64,000 nt of DNA, taken from the NCBI GenBank assembly GCA_050015495.1, contig JBEKBH010000015.1, forward strand, positions 16,942-80,941. Direction: 5' to 3'. The notes under the pieces were generated by a model. It ran no database searches. It saw only the letters and a program-made list of their open reading frames with translations, and was not told where the DNA came from. The DNA is from Verrucomicrobiia bacterium (GTDB lineage Bacteria > Verrucomicrobiota > Verrucomicrobiia > Palsa-1439). Positions 28,983 through 38,568 of the stretch are shown in pieces. Within the stretch, counting starts at the first letter, position 1. The number at the start of each line of letters is the position of its first letter. Made by a program: the position numbers and the translations under genes.

Positions 28983-29570
28983 ATGAACTCGACGATTGTC
29001 CATTCCAAAAAGTCCATTACCCCGCGGGAACTGCACCGGCGGGCGACCGAACGGCTCCCCATCGAATTGATTGATGTCCGTACCCCCACCGAATACGCCG
29101 CTATCCACGTCCCGGGAGCGCGTCCGCTGCCGCTCGACAAGCTCGACGTGGCCGCGTTCCTGAGGGATCGGGGGACGGGCGACGCGCCGCTGTATGTCAT
29201 CTGCCAGTCCGGAACCCGGGCGGCGAAAGCGATTGAGAAATTCCGGCGAGCGGGTTCTGAATGTTGCGTGTTGGTCGAAGGCGGAATCGAAGCGTGGGTG
29301 CAAGCCAGTCTGCCGGTGGAGCGCGGCGAAAGCAAGGTATTGCCCCTGATGCGCCAGGTGCAGATTACCGTGGGCCTTGTGTCAGCCGTGGGCGCGGCGC
29401 TGGCGTTGACCGTGAATGTCTGGTTTGCCCTCATCCCGCTCGTCACGGGTTGCGGTTTGTTGTTTGCGGGACTCACCGGCACGTGCGGCCTGGCGTTGCT
29501 CCTCGCCAAGATGCCGTGGAATCGTCAAGCCAACTGTTCTTCAAGCTGCGGTTGTGAAGTGAACCATTGA
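28983..29570 (+). CDS. Rhodanese-DUF2892 (YgaP-like) membrane sulfurtransferase
   Basis: IDVRTPTEY, CQSGTR and GGIEAW; two TM helices; GTCG...MPWN. Confidence 0.9.
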   Translation: MNSTIVHSKKSITPRELHRRATERLPIELIDVRTPTEYAAIHVPGARPLPLDKLDVAAFLRDRGTGDAPLYVICQSGTRAAKAIEKFRRAGSECCVLVEGGIEAWVQASLPVERGESKVLPLMRQVQITVGLVSAVGAALALTVNVWFALIPLVTGCGLLFAGLTGTCGLALLLAKMPWNRQANCSSSCGCEVNH

Positions 29571-29582
29571 TTTGCGTGCATT

Positions 29583-31232
29583 ATGAATACTCCCCGTCGA
29601 ATCGTAATCATCGGTGGCGTCGCCGGAGGCGCTTCGGCCGCCGCCCGGGCCCGCCGTGTGGATGAAACCGCGGACATCGATGTTTTTGAACGCGGCCCGT
29701 ATATTTCCTTCGCGAATTGCGGTCTGCCGTATTACATCGCCGGCGAGATTGATGGCCGGGAGAAGCTGATCGTCATGACGCCCGAAACGTTTTGGGCGCG
29801 GTCGCGCGTGCGGGCGCACGTGAACCATGAAGTGTTGTCGATCGACCGCGTGGCGAAGACGATACGGGTCAAGGGACCGGATGGCAGCCAGCGCGACGTG
29901 CCCTATGACAAGCTGATTCTCAGCCAGGGAGCGAAACCGATTGTCCCGTCCATCCCCGGCGTCGACCTGCCGCACGTGTTTACGTTGCGCGACATTCCGG
30001 ATATGGACCGCATTGCGGCATTCCTCGACGAGCGCAAGCCGCAACGCGCGGTGGTGATCGGCGGCGGGTTCATCGGCCTGGAAATGGCCGAGGCGTTCCA
30101 CCGGCGCGGTCTGCACGTGACCATTGTGGAACGGAACCCGCAAGTCCTGCCCTTGCTGGATCGTGACATGGCCCGCCATCTGCAGGATAAAATCCGGCGA
30201 CCGGAATTCGATTTCAAACTCGATGTCGAAGCATCGGCATTCACGCCGGAAGGAGTGGAATTTGCCGACGGGAGCAGGCTGCCGGCGGACTTGATCCTGC
30301 TCAGTGTGGGCATAAAGGCCGAAGTTGAACTGGCCCGGGCGGCCGGGTTGGAGATCGGTGTAACGGGCGGCGTGAAAACCAACGGCCGCATGGAGTCGTC
30401 CGACCCGAACGTTTACGCCGTGGGGGATGCGGCGGAAACGATGCACGCGCTCACCGGCGCGCGGGCGCGGATTGCGCTGGCTGGACCGGCCAATCGGCAG
30501 GGACGGATCGCCGGAGCCAACGCGGCCGGTGCGCGAATGACCTATCCGGGCGCGCTCGGGACCTCGATTGTGCGGGTGCTGAACATGACGGTCGGTTTCA
30601 CGGGGATCAACAGCGCACAAGCCGCCAGGGCCGGGTTCAGTGTGTTCACCAGTCTCACGCGCGACCACAGCCACGCGCATTACTACCCGGGCGCGACCCC
30701 CGTGCTGATCAAGTTGATCGCGGAGGAAGGCACCGGCAGGCTTCTCGGCGCACAGGTGCTCGGCGAGAACGGCATCGACAAGCGGGTGGACGTGCTGGCG
30801 ACGGCCATTGCCGGCAAGATGAGCGTGTTCGATTTGGAAAACCTCGACCTCGCCTATTCGCCGCCGTTCGGCTCGGCCAACGACCCGGTAAACGTGGCCG
30901 GGTTTGTGGCGGGACACATCGCTCGTGGTGATATCGCCACGGTCGCGCCGGAAACGTGGCACCCCAACGGCGACTTCCTGCTCGATGTTCGCGACCCCGA
31001 TGAACTGGCGGATTTTGGCCGCCTGGCCAACGCGGTGAACATTCCGCTGACGCAACTGCGGGACCGGCTGGACGAACTGCCGCGCGGTCGGCGCATCGTG
31101 ACGTATTGCCAGAAAGGCCAACGCGGCTACCTCGCCGCGTGTTTGCTGCACGGGCGCGGTTTTGAAAACGTGGCCAATTTGCGCGGCGGGTTCCTGCAGG
31201 CGGCGCTCTGGGACCACGCGATTCTGAGGTGA
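29583..31232 (+). CDS. CoA-disulfide/persulfide reductase with C-terminal rhodanese (CoADR-RHD/Npsr type)
   Basis: GGVAGG, SFANCGLPY, GGGFIGLE, YSPPF and CQKGQRG motifs. Confidence 0.92.
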   Translation: MNTPRRIVIIGGVAGGASAAARARRVDETADIDVFERGPYISFANCGLPYYIAGEIDGREKLIVMTPETFWARSRVRAHVNHEVLSIDRVAKTIRVKGPDGSQRDVPYDKLILSQGAKPIVPSIPGVDLPHVFTLRDIPDMDRIAAFLDERKPQRAVVIGGGFIGLEMAEAFHRRGLHVTIVERNPQVLPLLDRDMARHLQDKIRRPEFDFKLDVEASAFTPEGVEFADGSRLPADLILLSVGIKAEVELARAAGLEIGVTGGVKTNGRMESSDPNVYAVGDAAETMHALTGARARIALAGPANRQGRIAGANAAGARMTYPGALGTSIVRVLNMTVGFTGINSAQAARAGFSVFTSLTRDHSHAHYYPGATPVLIKLIAEEGTGRLLGAQVLGENGIDKRVDVLATAIAGKMSVFDLENLDLAYSPPFGSANDPVNVAGFVAGHIARGDIATVAPETWHPNGDFLLDVRDPDELADFGRLANAVNIPLTQLRDRLDELPRGRRIVTYCQKGQRGYLAACLLHGRGFENVANLRGGFLQAALWDHAILR

Positions 31233-31290
31233 ACAGACCTCCGTACCCTGACGGCTCGGGCCTCCTTCAGAGAATGCGCGAACTTTGATC

Positions 31291-31311
31291 GCCAGACACG
31301 GCCAATTGCCG
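31291..31311 (+). repeat. 21-bp direct repeat left of the NACHT gene
   Basis: gccagacacggccaattgccg, identical to 33374-33394. Confidence 0.9.
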
Positions 31312-31372
31312 ACCCGACGCAACTGGGGAACTGCTGCTGAGGGCGTGGGCTGTCGAGGCCCACTCGGAGTGA

Positions 31373-33136
31373 TCAGAGCTGAAAGACGGATTTGGTATCC
31401 TCAGCATGTTTGACATACGCCTGGGCGTTCCTGAGTCTATCGCTCATCTTGGTGACTAACTTGCTCGGATTGGATAATATATCCTCAAAAACAGGGAACT
31501 GTGTCACCAGGTCCTTTAGCGATAGAACAACAAACTGGGCTGTTGGGGCCTCGCTAGGTTGTGCAAACAGTGTTGAAGTACATACGTCGGTAAGTGATTT
31601 TGCGGATACGTGATAAGGATTATAATGGCTTTGGTCCCGTACTGGCCATTTGCCAACCGAACGTATCGTGATCGAGTTGAATCCGGTGTGTCGGTTAAAA
31701 GTAAATTGATCCTCTCCGAAGATTTGCAGGATCAGTTCACGAGTGGGCGTCCAGTCGTTCGGGACGGGTCCGTCGATTCCTAAGATGCTTTGCAACTGGG
31801 GTATTGCAAAGTGCTTTATAAACCTGAGCTTGTCGATTGACTCTAGAAAGAGCAGTTCCTGTTGCCAGAGACCCCACTTGGACTGCACTGCTTGATAAAA
31901 TGCCAAAGCGGATTCGTCAGGATGCGTGCTGACGAATAACGCGGAGTGGTATTCTTGGACGCTCTTGTGAACAAATGTGCAATTGTCACCCTCGGTCAGG
32001 ATTAGGCATGTGATATGTATTATGTCATCTAGGACTTTGTCGACGTCACAGGGCTGGCCTACGATGCGAATCGCTTCTTTAGCGTGTGTGTTGAGCTGCT
32101 GCATTGTTAACGCACTGAGCCCGTTCTTTCGAGTGGTGAAGCAAATGGCATTGAAAATGTCTTGCAGGACAGAGTCACCTACGCCGGACTTCCTGGGACG
32201 GACGTACCCTCCTTTCGATTTATCGTGACGTTGGAGAAGGAGGGTGAAAAGAGCTTCGTAAAACGCGACCGCTGTTTCAGGTATACTTTGATCGACGCGA
32301 TAGCGCACAACCAAAAGGGCGACCATGAGCGGCGTCGTGAGAAGGTGGGCCACATTCGATTTGCCCCCTTTAATACCGCTGATAATACTAGCAGCTGTGG
32401 GGTCATCATTCGTGAGTTTGGTTACGACCGCTTCATACTCACCGGGTTGTAGAGGGGCCATATTGAAGACACGGAAAAACGCTGAAGAGGAGATGCCGCT
32501 GTCAGGACGCGATGTAATTACAACTCGAAGCTTGTCGTGCTTCTTAATCAGGTTTTCAATCTCTGCAATCAGGCTGGTCCTCTGCTCCTCGTTCACCTCG
32601 TCGAATGCATCGAGAAAGAGGGTGATCCTGCCGTTCTCTGCGAAGAAGTCAAAGGTTTGCTGATCCATTTCCAAGCCAAGGCAGGTTAACTCTTCAAGCA
32701 CGCTGGACACAAAGCTTTGGCCTGTCTTCAGTCGGCGAAGTTCGAGGAACACAGGTATGCCAACACCTTTCAAGAGTTCACGGGAGGCGAGGAATCGCAA
32801 GAAGATGGACTTGCCTTGGCCAACTGTTCCTTGAAGAAGAATGTTACCGTCATAACCGAGACTTGCCAGGTCGCTGATCTCCTTAGGCTGATTTCCGAGT
32901 ATCACCTTTGATGGGTAATAGAACGAAAGGAGGTCAACAGCTCTTTCGGGTTGTAGGATCGTCTTAACAGTTCTGATATTCTTGAGCTTTTTATAGAGGG
33001 AATCGATTTTCGCGGTGGTCTTCCATCGTTTAACCCGCTTGCCGAATTGAGACCTTGCAAGGTCGTACATATCTGGGACAACCTTTTCCAAAGCTCGTTT
33101 AGCTGCGAGTCCTGAGGCTAAAGCGGTAGTAGGCAT
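31373..33136 (-). CDS. NACHT (STAND) NTPase; candidate antiphage protein
   Basis: Walker A GTVGQGKS, Walker B LFLDAFDE, ITSRP, TPLM and FVHKSVQEY. Clearly AT-richer than the flanks. Start uncertain. Confidence 0.88.
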   Translation of the reverse strand: MPTTALASGLAAKRALEKVVPDMYDLARSQFGKRVKRWKTTAKIDSLYKKLKNIRTVKTILQPERAVDLLSFYYPSKVILGNQPKEISDLASLGYDGNILLQGTVGQGKSIFLRFLASRELLKGVGIPVFLELRRLKTGQSFVSSVLEELTCLGLEMDQQTFDFFAENGRITLFLDAFDEVNEEQRTSLIAEIENLIKKHDKLRVVITSRPDSGISSSAFFRVFNMAPLQPGEYEAVVTKLTNDDPTAASIISGIKGGKSNVAHLLTTPLMVALLVVRYRVDQSIPETAVAFYEALFTLLLQRHDKSKGGYVRPRKSGVGDSVLQDIFNAICFTTRKNGLSALTMQQLNTHAKEAIRIVGQPCDVDKVLDDIIHITCLILTEGDNCTFVHKSVQEYHSALFVSTHPDESALAFYQAVQSKWGLWQQELLFLESIDKLRFIKHFAIPQLQSILGIDGPVPNDWTPTRELILQIFGEDQFTFNRHTGFNSITIRSVGKWPVRDQSHYNPYHVSAKSLTDVCTSTLFAQPSEAPTAQFVVLSLKDLVTQFPVFEDILSNPSKLVTKMSDRLRNAQAYVKHAEDTKSVFQL

Positions 33137-33373
33137 GGGGCTTCCTTTGGTCGTAGAAGACTGAGGGTTGTGGTGTTTCGCCTCAGCAACTGCGGCGGTT
33201 TGAACAATTGAGCCGGCTTTGTCGAGAATCATTTCGGACTTGTAAAGACTGTCCGATGTGTGTGTTAAGGTCAATCCAATTCAAGGAGCGAACCGACCGG
33301 TGCGAGAGGTGCGACGCAGTTGGTCGACATGGGCGAAATGCGGCGGGCGTAGCGGTGGCACGAGCCTTCGGTT

Positions 33374-33394
33374 GCCAGACACGGCCAATTGCCG
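33374..33394 (+). repeat. 21-bp direct repeat right of the NACHT gene
   Basis: Identical to 31291-31311; 2 bp beyond the feoB stop. Confidence 0.9.
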
Positions 33395-33396
33395 TG

Positions 33397-35403
33397 CTAC
33401 GCCACCCCGAACACCCGCAGACCTTGGAAGACGATCAGCGAAGCGACGTAGGCCAGTACCGTCATGTACCCGAGTTGAAAGACGGGCCATTTGAGGCTGT
33501 TGGTTTCACGGCGCGTGATGGCTTGCGTCGCGAGACATTGCATCGCGAGGACGTAAAAAATCAACAGGCTCGCGCAGGTGGCGGTCGTGAACACTTTGGT
33601 GCCATTCGATCGTTGCGCGCGGCGCAGGGAATCGTAGAGTGATTCCGGGTTCTTCTCGGCGGCATCTTCACCCACTCCGTACACGACGGCCAGCGTCGAG
33701 ACCACGACTTCGCGCGCGGCGAACGAACTGACGATGCCGATCCCGATTTGCCAATCGAACCCCAGCGGGCGAATGGCAGGCTCGATCCAACGACCGAGAC
33801 GGCCCGCCGCCGAGTTCGCCAACGCGGAATGACTGATGAGCCGGCCCGCTTGTTCCTGCAATTCGTCGGCGGACGGCCCGGTCAACTTCGAGGCCTGTTC
33901 CTGCAACGCGATGGCTTCGGGAGGCGGCGCGCTCTTGGGATAGGTCGCCAGCGCCCATAACGCGATGGAAATGAACAAAATCACCGTCCCGGCTTTCCGG
34001 ATGAAAACCCACGCGCGATCCAGCATCATCAGCATCGCCGTCCGCAAGCTCGGCAACTTGTAACTCGGCAACTCCAGCACCAGGGGATGCGTTTCGCCTT
34101 TCAAGATCGTGTGTTTCAACGCCAACGCCGCGACAATCGCCGCCACCAGACCCAGGACGTACGCACCGCTAAACACGAGCGCCGCCTTCCACGCGTCGTG
34201 GGCGAACAACAGCGCCGCGAGCATGCTGTACACAGGGATTCGCGCGGAGCAGGACACGAGCGGCAGGACGAGAATCGTCACCAACCGGTCCCGTTTGTCT
34301 TCGATGACGCGGCTGGCCATGATTGCCGGAATGGCGCAGGCATGCGCCGAGAGCAACGGCACAAACGCCTTGCCGGGCAGGCCGACGCGGCGCATGAGCC
34401 GGTCCATCACGAAGGCCGCGCGCGCCAGATAACCCGTATCCTCCAGCAGCGACAGGCAGAAGAACAGAATGCAAATCTGCGGCAGAAACACCAGCATCCC
34501 GCCCAAGCCGCCAATGCCTCCCTTGACGAGCAGGCTGCGCAAATCGCCCGCCGGCATCCGTTGTTCGATCCACGAGCCGAGACCGCTGAACATCGCGTCG
34601 ATCAAATGCATGGGAATCTGCGCGATGCGGAAAATCAGGAAGAACACCCCGAGCATCACCCCGAAAAACACGAGCACCCCGATCACGGGATGGGTCAACA
34701 CGGCGTCCAGGCGCTCCGTCCACGGATGTGTCGCCTGCGGGGAACGCTCGACGCAGTGGGCGGCGATCGCGTCCGTCCACGCATAGCGGGTCTTGAACCG
34801 GCACCCACCGCACGCGGCGCACATCGCCGACGCCGGCACGGGCGGCGGCGACGTCTTCATGCGTTCGATGGCGCGGCGCAGTTCGCCAAGCCCGCGGCCG
34901 GTGCGCGCGACCAGCGGGATGACCGGGCAACCGAGTGCCCGCGTCAGTTTCGCGGCGTCGATGCGGACGCCGGCCGCCTCGGCGAGATCCATCATGTTGA
35001 GGGCGACCACGACCGGAAGTTTCATCTCGATAATCTGACTGACGAGGAACAGGCTCCGACTCAGGTTCATCGCGTCGGCCACGACAATCGCCGCGTCCGG
35101 CTTCCCCGTCTTCGGAGATCGGCCGGTGATCACGTCCACGGCGACGCGCTCTTCCTCCGAGATCGCCTGCAGATCGTAGCACCCCGGCAAATCAATGATC
35201 TCGACGGTCTCATCCTGCATCGAAAAGCGGCCGACGCGCCGCTCGACCGTGGTGCCGGGATAATTCGCCGTCTGCGCCCGCAATCCTGTCAGAGCATTGA
35301 ACAGCGTCGTCTTCCCGCCGTTCGGGTTGCCCGCCAGGACGAGCCGGTACATCTCCTGCGACACGGCTTCCGCCGGCGAACAACAGGTCGCGGTGGCACT
35401 CAT
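33397..35403 (-). CDS. feoB: Ferrous iron transporter B
   Basis: GNPNGGKT, NYPGTTVE, DLPG, NMMD, LEDTGYLAR and AREVVVSTL motifs. Confidence 0.96.
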   Translation of the reverse strand: MSATATCCSPAEAVSQEMYRLVLAGNPNGGKTTLFNALTGLRAQTANYPGTTVERRVGRFSMQDETVEIIDLPGCYDLQAISEEERVAVDVITGRSPKTGKPDAAIVVADAMNLSRSLFLVSQIIEMKLPVVVALNMMDLAEAAGVRIDAAKLTRALGCPVIPLVARTGRGLGELRRAIERMKTSPPPVPASAMCAACGGCRFKTRYAWTDAIAAHCVERSPQATHPWTERLDAVLTHPVIGVLVFFGVMLGVFFLIFRIAQIPMHLIDAMFSGLGSWIEQRMPAGDLRSLLVKGGIGGLGGMLVFLPQICILFFCLSLLEDTGYLARAAFVMDRLMRRVGLPGKAFVPLLSAHACAIPAIMASRVIEDKRDRLVTILVLPLVSCSARIPVYSMLAALLFAHDAWKAALVFSGAYVLGLVAAIVAALALKHTILKGETHPLVLELPSYKLPSLRTAMLMMLDRAWVFIRKAGTVILFISIALWALATYPKSAPPPEAIALQEQASKLTGPSADELQEQAGRLISHSALANSAAGRLGRWIEPAIRPLGFDWQIGIGIVSSFAAREVVVSTLAVVYGVGEDAAEKNPESLYDSLRRAQRSNGTKVFTTATCASLLIFYVLAMQCLATQAITRRETNSLKWPVFQLGYMTVLAYVASLIVFQGLRVFGVA

Positions 35404-35684
35404 GCGCACCGGTCCACGACCACGTGACGCGCCAGCCGACTCGACACACCGATGCGCGCCCCCAGCAGCCGGAGAATGAGTGGGTTGCCCTGGCGGACAA
35501 CTTCGACTTCACGTCCGACACACAACCCCATCGCCATCAGCCGTTGCATCGCCTCACCGGCGGGTTCGATGTGCTGGACAACGGCCCGCGAGCCGGACGG
35601 CAGTTCGTTCAAACCGCACCGGCCCCGGGCGGTCTCGGTGGCTGGTTTGGCCGGTGTGGTTGATTTTGTCGTCATGGTCGCCAT
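35400..35684 (-). CDS. feoA: Ferrous iron transport protein A (start uncertain)
   Basis: RLMAMGLCVGREVEVVRQGNP; stop overlaps the feoB ATG. Confidence 0.88.
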   Translation of the reverse strand: MATMTTKSTTPAKPATETARGRCGLNELPSGSRAVVQHIEPAGEAMQRLMAMGLCVGREVEVVRQGNPLILRLLGARIGVSSRLARHVVVDRCA

Positions 35685-35958
35685 CGTGTCACAATCGAGC
35701 CCGAGCGTCATCGCCACACCGCCTTGCCGGTCACGCCGTACCGGCCTGCCAGGAAATCGTGCGCCAACCTGCTCATTTGGGTCCACCCCCCAGGCGTTGC
35801 GCCCGGGGCAAGCAAATAGGTTGGCGCGAGGACCGTTCGTTGACTCTCCGCGATCGTAATGTCACACGCGGGAGCGAGCGGGATCTGAAATTTGTATGTG
35901 GTGCCGACCGAGCGGTCTTCGGTAGTGGCACAGTTATTTTCGTGGCCGTGCATCGTGG

Positions 35959-37329
35959 TCAATAGGCGAAGGTTTCCAGTTCATAACGGCTGATGTGCGG
36001 CCGACCGCGTCGGTCGTCGAATCGCAGGGCGTCGCGGATGGCCAGTTCCTGTTCGCGCATCTGCGCCGCCGATAACGGCGCGATCTGCAGCGCGCTGGTC
36101 TGTTCCGTGTACCGGCTGTTCGGGTACATCACCAGGGGCGAGAAGTAGATGAAATCGTCGCGGCCCAGCGGCAGGTTGTTGATCAACCGCGCCGTCTGCC
36201 GCACGTGGGCGTCGGCAAACTCGTGGCCGCCGGCGCCCAACAGCGCGATCACTCCCACCGTCAGCCCGGCTCGTTTCAGGTCCGTCACGCATTGCGCGAT
36301 GCCCGCGCTCGTGGACGGTTTGCACAACCACTTTAACAGCTTGTCGTCGCCCGTTTCCAGGCCGACATAGACGCGGCGCAAACCGAGCTCGCGTAACTCC
36401 TCAAAATCGGCCGTGGTGCGCCGGGGCCCTAGGAACGCGTCGAGGAACGTGCTCACGCCGTCGAAGCGCGTCGCGTGACCCAACCACCAACTGGCGGGAA
36501 CATGCTCTTTGGTGTCCGGTGGAAGCTCGAAACAGTCGCGGAGCACGCGAAATATTTTTACCAAATCCTCGTGCGGCAGGGTCAGCGCATTGGCTTCGCC
36601 AAGAAAAATGGAACGGCGTCCCCGCAACGCTTTCCCATGGTACGCAATCGCGTCGTTGACGTGCTCGGCAAACTGGGCGGGGGTCTTGCGTCCATAGAAC
36701 ACGCCGCGATACAACTCGCAGAACAGGCAGCACGAATACGCGCACCCTTCCGTCGCCTGGAGCACGAGCGCGTTGTACTGGTCGGGCGGAAGCACGGCGA
36801 CGCGCCCGTAAATCGAGTGAAACCGTTCCGCGTCGCGTCGCGCGGCCCGCTGGTCAAATGTCGCGGCGTGTTCCAACGACGGCAGGATCTCCGCGAGCGC
36901 CTGTCCGGGGCCCGGTTTCGCGTATTCCAATGCAATCGAGTTCCCATGTAATTCGTTCATCACACGGACAACCTTCTCGTGGGCTTCCGTCACCAGCGCA
37001 TCGGCGTCTTCGACGGGGAGGACGTGGCGTTCGATGCCGCCTCCCTGCTCGACGGAACGCCGGTGCGTCACGAGCAATTGATGCGACAGGCCGCGGCGAC
37101 GATACTGATCGGGTTTTGCGACCTTCGTCAGTCGTCCCTCGAGGTCGTAGTGCAACGCCAGGTCATTCTCGAAGTACAACGCCAGCTCAAACGCCGAGAG
37201 GGCGACGTAGACCCGTTCGCCGCTCGACAAGCGCGCCTGCAAACCCGCGGTGTAGCGCGGCACTTCCCCGAACGCCAGCGCCTGCTGGTACTGCAACAGG
37301 TTTGTCTTTTTTTCTGTTCCGACTTTCAT
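35959..37329 (-). CDS. Radical SAM protein of unknown function with N-terminal extension
   Basis: LQATEGCAYSCCLFC, IFLGEANAL and RVYVGLETG motifs. Confidence 0.85.
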   Translation of the reverse strand: MKVGTEKKTNLLQYQQALAFGEVPRYTAGLQARLSSGERVYVALSAFELALYFENDLALHYDLEGRLTKVAKPDQYRRRGLSHQLLVTHRRSVEQGGGIERHVLPVEDADALVTEAHEKVVRVMNELHGNSIALEYAKPGPGQALAEILPSLEHAATFDQRAARRDAERFHSIYGRVAVLPPDQYNALVLQATEGCAYSCCLFCELYRGVFYGRKTPAQFAEHVNDAIAYHGKALRGRRSIFLGEANALTLPHEDLVKIFRVLRDCFELPPDTKEHVPASWWLGHATRFDGVSTFLDAFLGPRRTTADFEELRELGLRRVYVGLETGDDKLLKWLCKPSTSAGIAQCVTDLKRAGLTVGVIALLGAGGHEFADAHVRQTARLINNLPLGRDDFIYFSPLVMYPNSRYTEQTSALQIAPLSAAQMREQELAIRDALRFDDRRGRPHISRYELETFAY

Positions 37330-37352
37330 GGCAAAATCTCCTCGTCGCTCCG

Positions 37353-38543
37353 TCAGGCGGTCAACGCTGTCGCCTCGGCAAACCCGATTTCCTCATTGGT
37401 CAGATAGCACCCCGGATCGGACGCCCACGGATCGCCGTGAACCTGCGCCGCCCGGACGCGGAAACTCCCACCACAAATCTCCTGAAACCGGCATTGCCCG
37501 CATCGCCCCTTGAGCAGCGGCAGACGATTACGCAATCCCGCCAGGAGCGGGATCGAGTTGTCGGACCAAATCTGGCTGAATGGCCGCTGCTTCACATTGC
37601 CCAGCGTGGCCGCCTGCCAGAACTGGTCCGGATGCACGTTGCCCTGCGTGTCGATATTGCCGATCCCGATGCCCGAGGAATTGGCGCCGCCGCCGTTCCA
37701 CTTCATCAACTGGTAAACCTGCTCGGCGCGTTCGGGTTCGCGCTCACCCAGCTTTAGGTAGACGTAGGCGTTGTCCGCGTGGTTGTCGACCGTCAGGATT
37801 TCCTTTTTCAATCCGCGCTGGTGAAACGACAGGGTGCGGTCGAGGATGATGTCCATCGCGCGGCGAATCTCCGCCGTTGTCAACTCGTCGGCGGCGTTGC
37901 CGCGGCCCGAATACACAAGATGATAAAAGCAGGCGCGCTGAATGCCCTCGGCCTCGATGAAATTGAAGATGTCGTGCAAATCCATGCAATTGCGGCGGGT
38001 GAGCGTCAGACGCAAGCCGACCTTCTGGCTGACCGCGCGGCAGTTGCGCATCCCGCGCACCGCCCCGTCGAATGCGCCCTTCTTGCCGCGGAAAATATCG
38101 TTGGTCTCGCCAATGCCATCCAGCGAAATGCCGACGTAGGTGGTGCCGAGTTCCTTGAGCTTCTTCGCCGCGGCTTCATCCAGCAGCGTGCCGTTCGTCG
38201 ACAGCGTGAGGCGGAGTCCCTTGCCGACGGCGTAGCCCATCAAATCGAATAAATCGGGTCGGGTGAGCGGTTCGCCGCCGGAAAACAAGACGGCCGGCAC
38301 CTGGAACGCCGCGAGGTCGTCGATCACTCGCAATGCTTCGTCGTGAGTCAGTTCACCGGGATACTTCTGGGCGTAACTGTCCGAGTAACAGTGCACGCAA
38401 CGCAGGTTGCAGGTGCGGGTGACGTTCCACACGACGATCGGCCGACGTTCCGCGGCGGATTTCGGGGCGCCGTGGCCATGGCCATATCGCAGCCCATCGG
38501 CGGGCTGCTCTTCACCACAGTAGAGCTTGGTAATGTTGACCAT
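37353..38543 (-). CDS. ahbC: Radical SAM/SPASM, AhbC/NirJ1-like
   Basis: ITKLYCG..LRYG, VVWNVTRTCNLRCVHCY, LTVDNHAD and HPDQFW motifs. Confidence 0.82.
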   Translation of the reverse strand: MVNITKLYCGEEQPADGLRYGHGHGAPKSAAERRPIVVWNVTRTCNLRCVHCYSDSYAQKYPGELTHDEALRVIDDLAAFQVPAVLFSGGEPLTRPDLFDLMGYAVGKGLRLTLSTNGTLLDEAAAKKLKELGTTYVGISLDGIGETNDIFRGKKGAFDGAVRGMRNCRAVSQKVGLRLTLTRRNCMDLHDIFNFIEAEGIQRACFYHLVYSGRGNAADELTTAEIRRAMDIILDRTLSFHQRGLKKEILTVDNHADNAYVYLKLGEREPERAEQVYQLMKWNGGGANSSGIGIGNIDTQGNVHPDQFWQAATLGNVKQRPFSQIWSDNSIPLLAGLRNRLPLLKGRCGQCRFQEICGGSFRVRAAQVHGDPWASDPGCYLTNEEIGFAEATALTA

Positions 38544-38568
38544 GACGCATCCTCCTGACGTTACCGGG

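Noticed and set aside
35690-35958. Fur box or sigma54 promoter upstream of feoA
   Set aside because: No GATAATGATAATCATTATC-like site; the TGGCGC-N5-TTCC candidate lacks the -12 GC.
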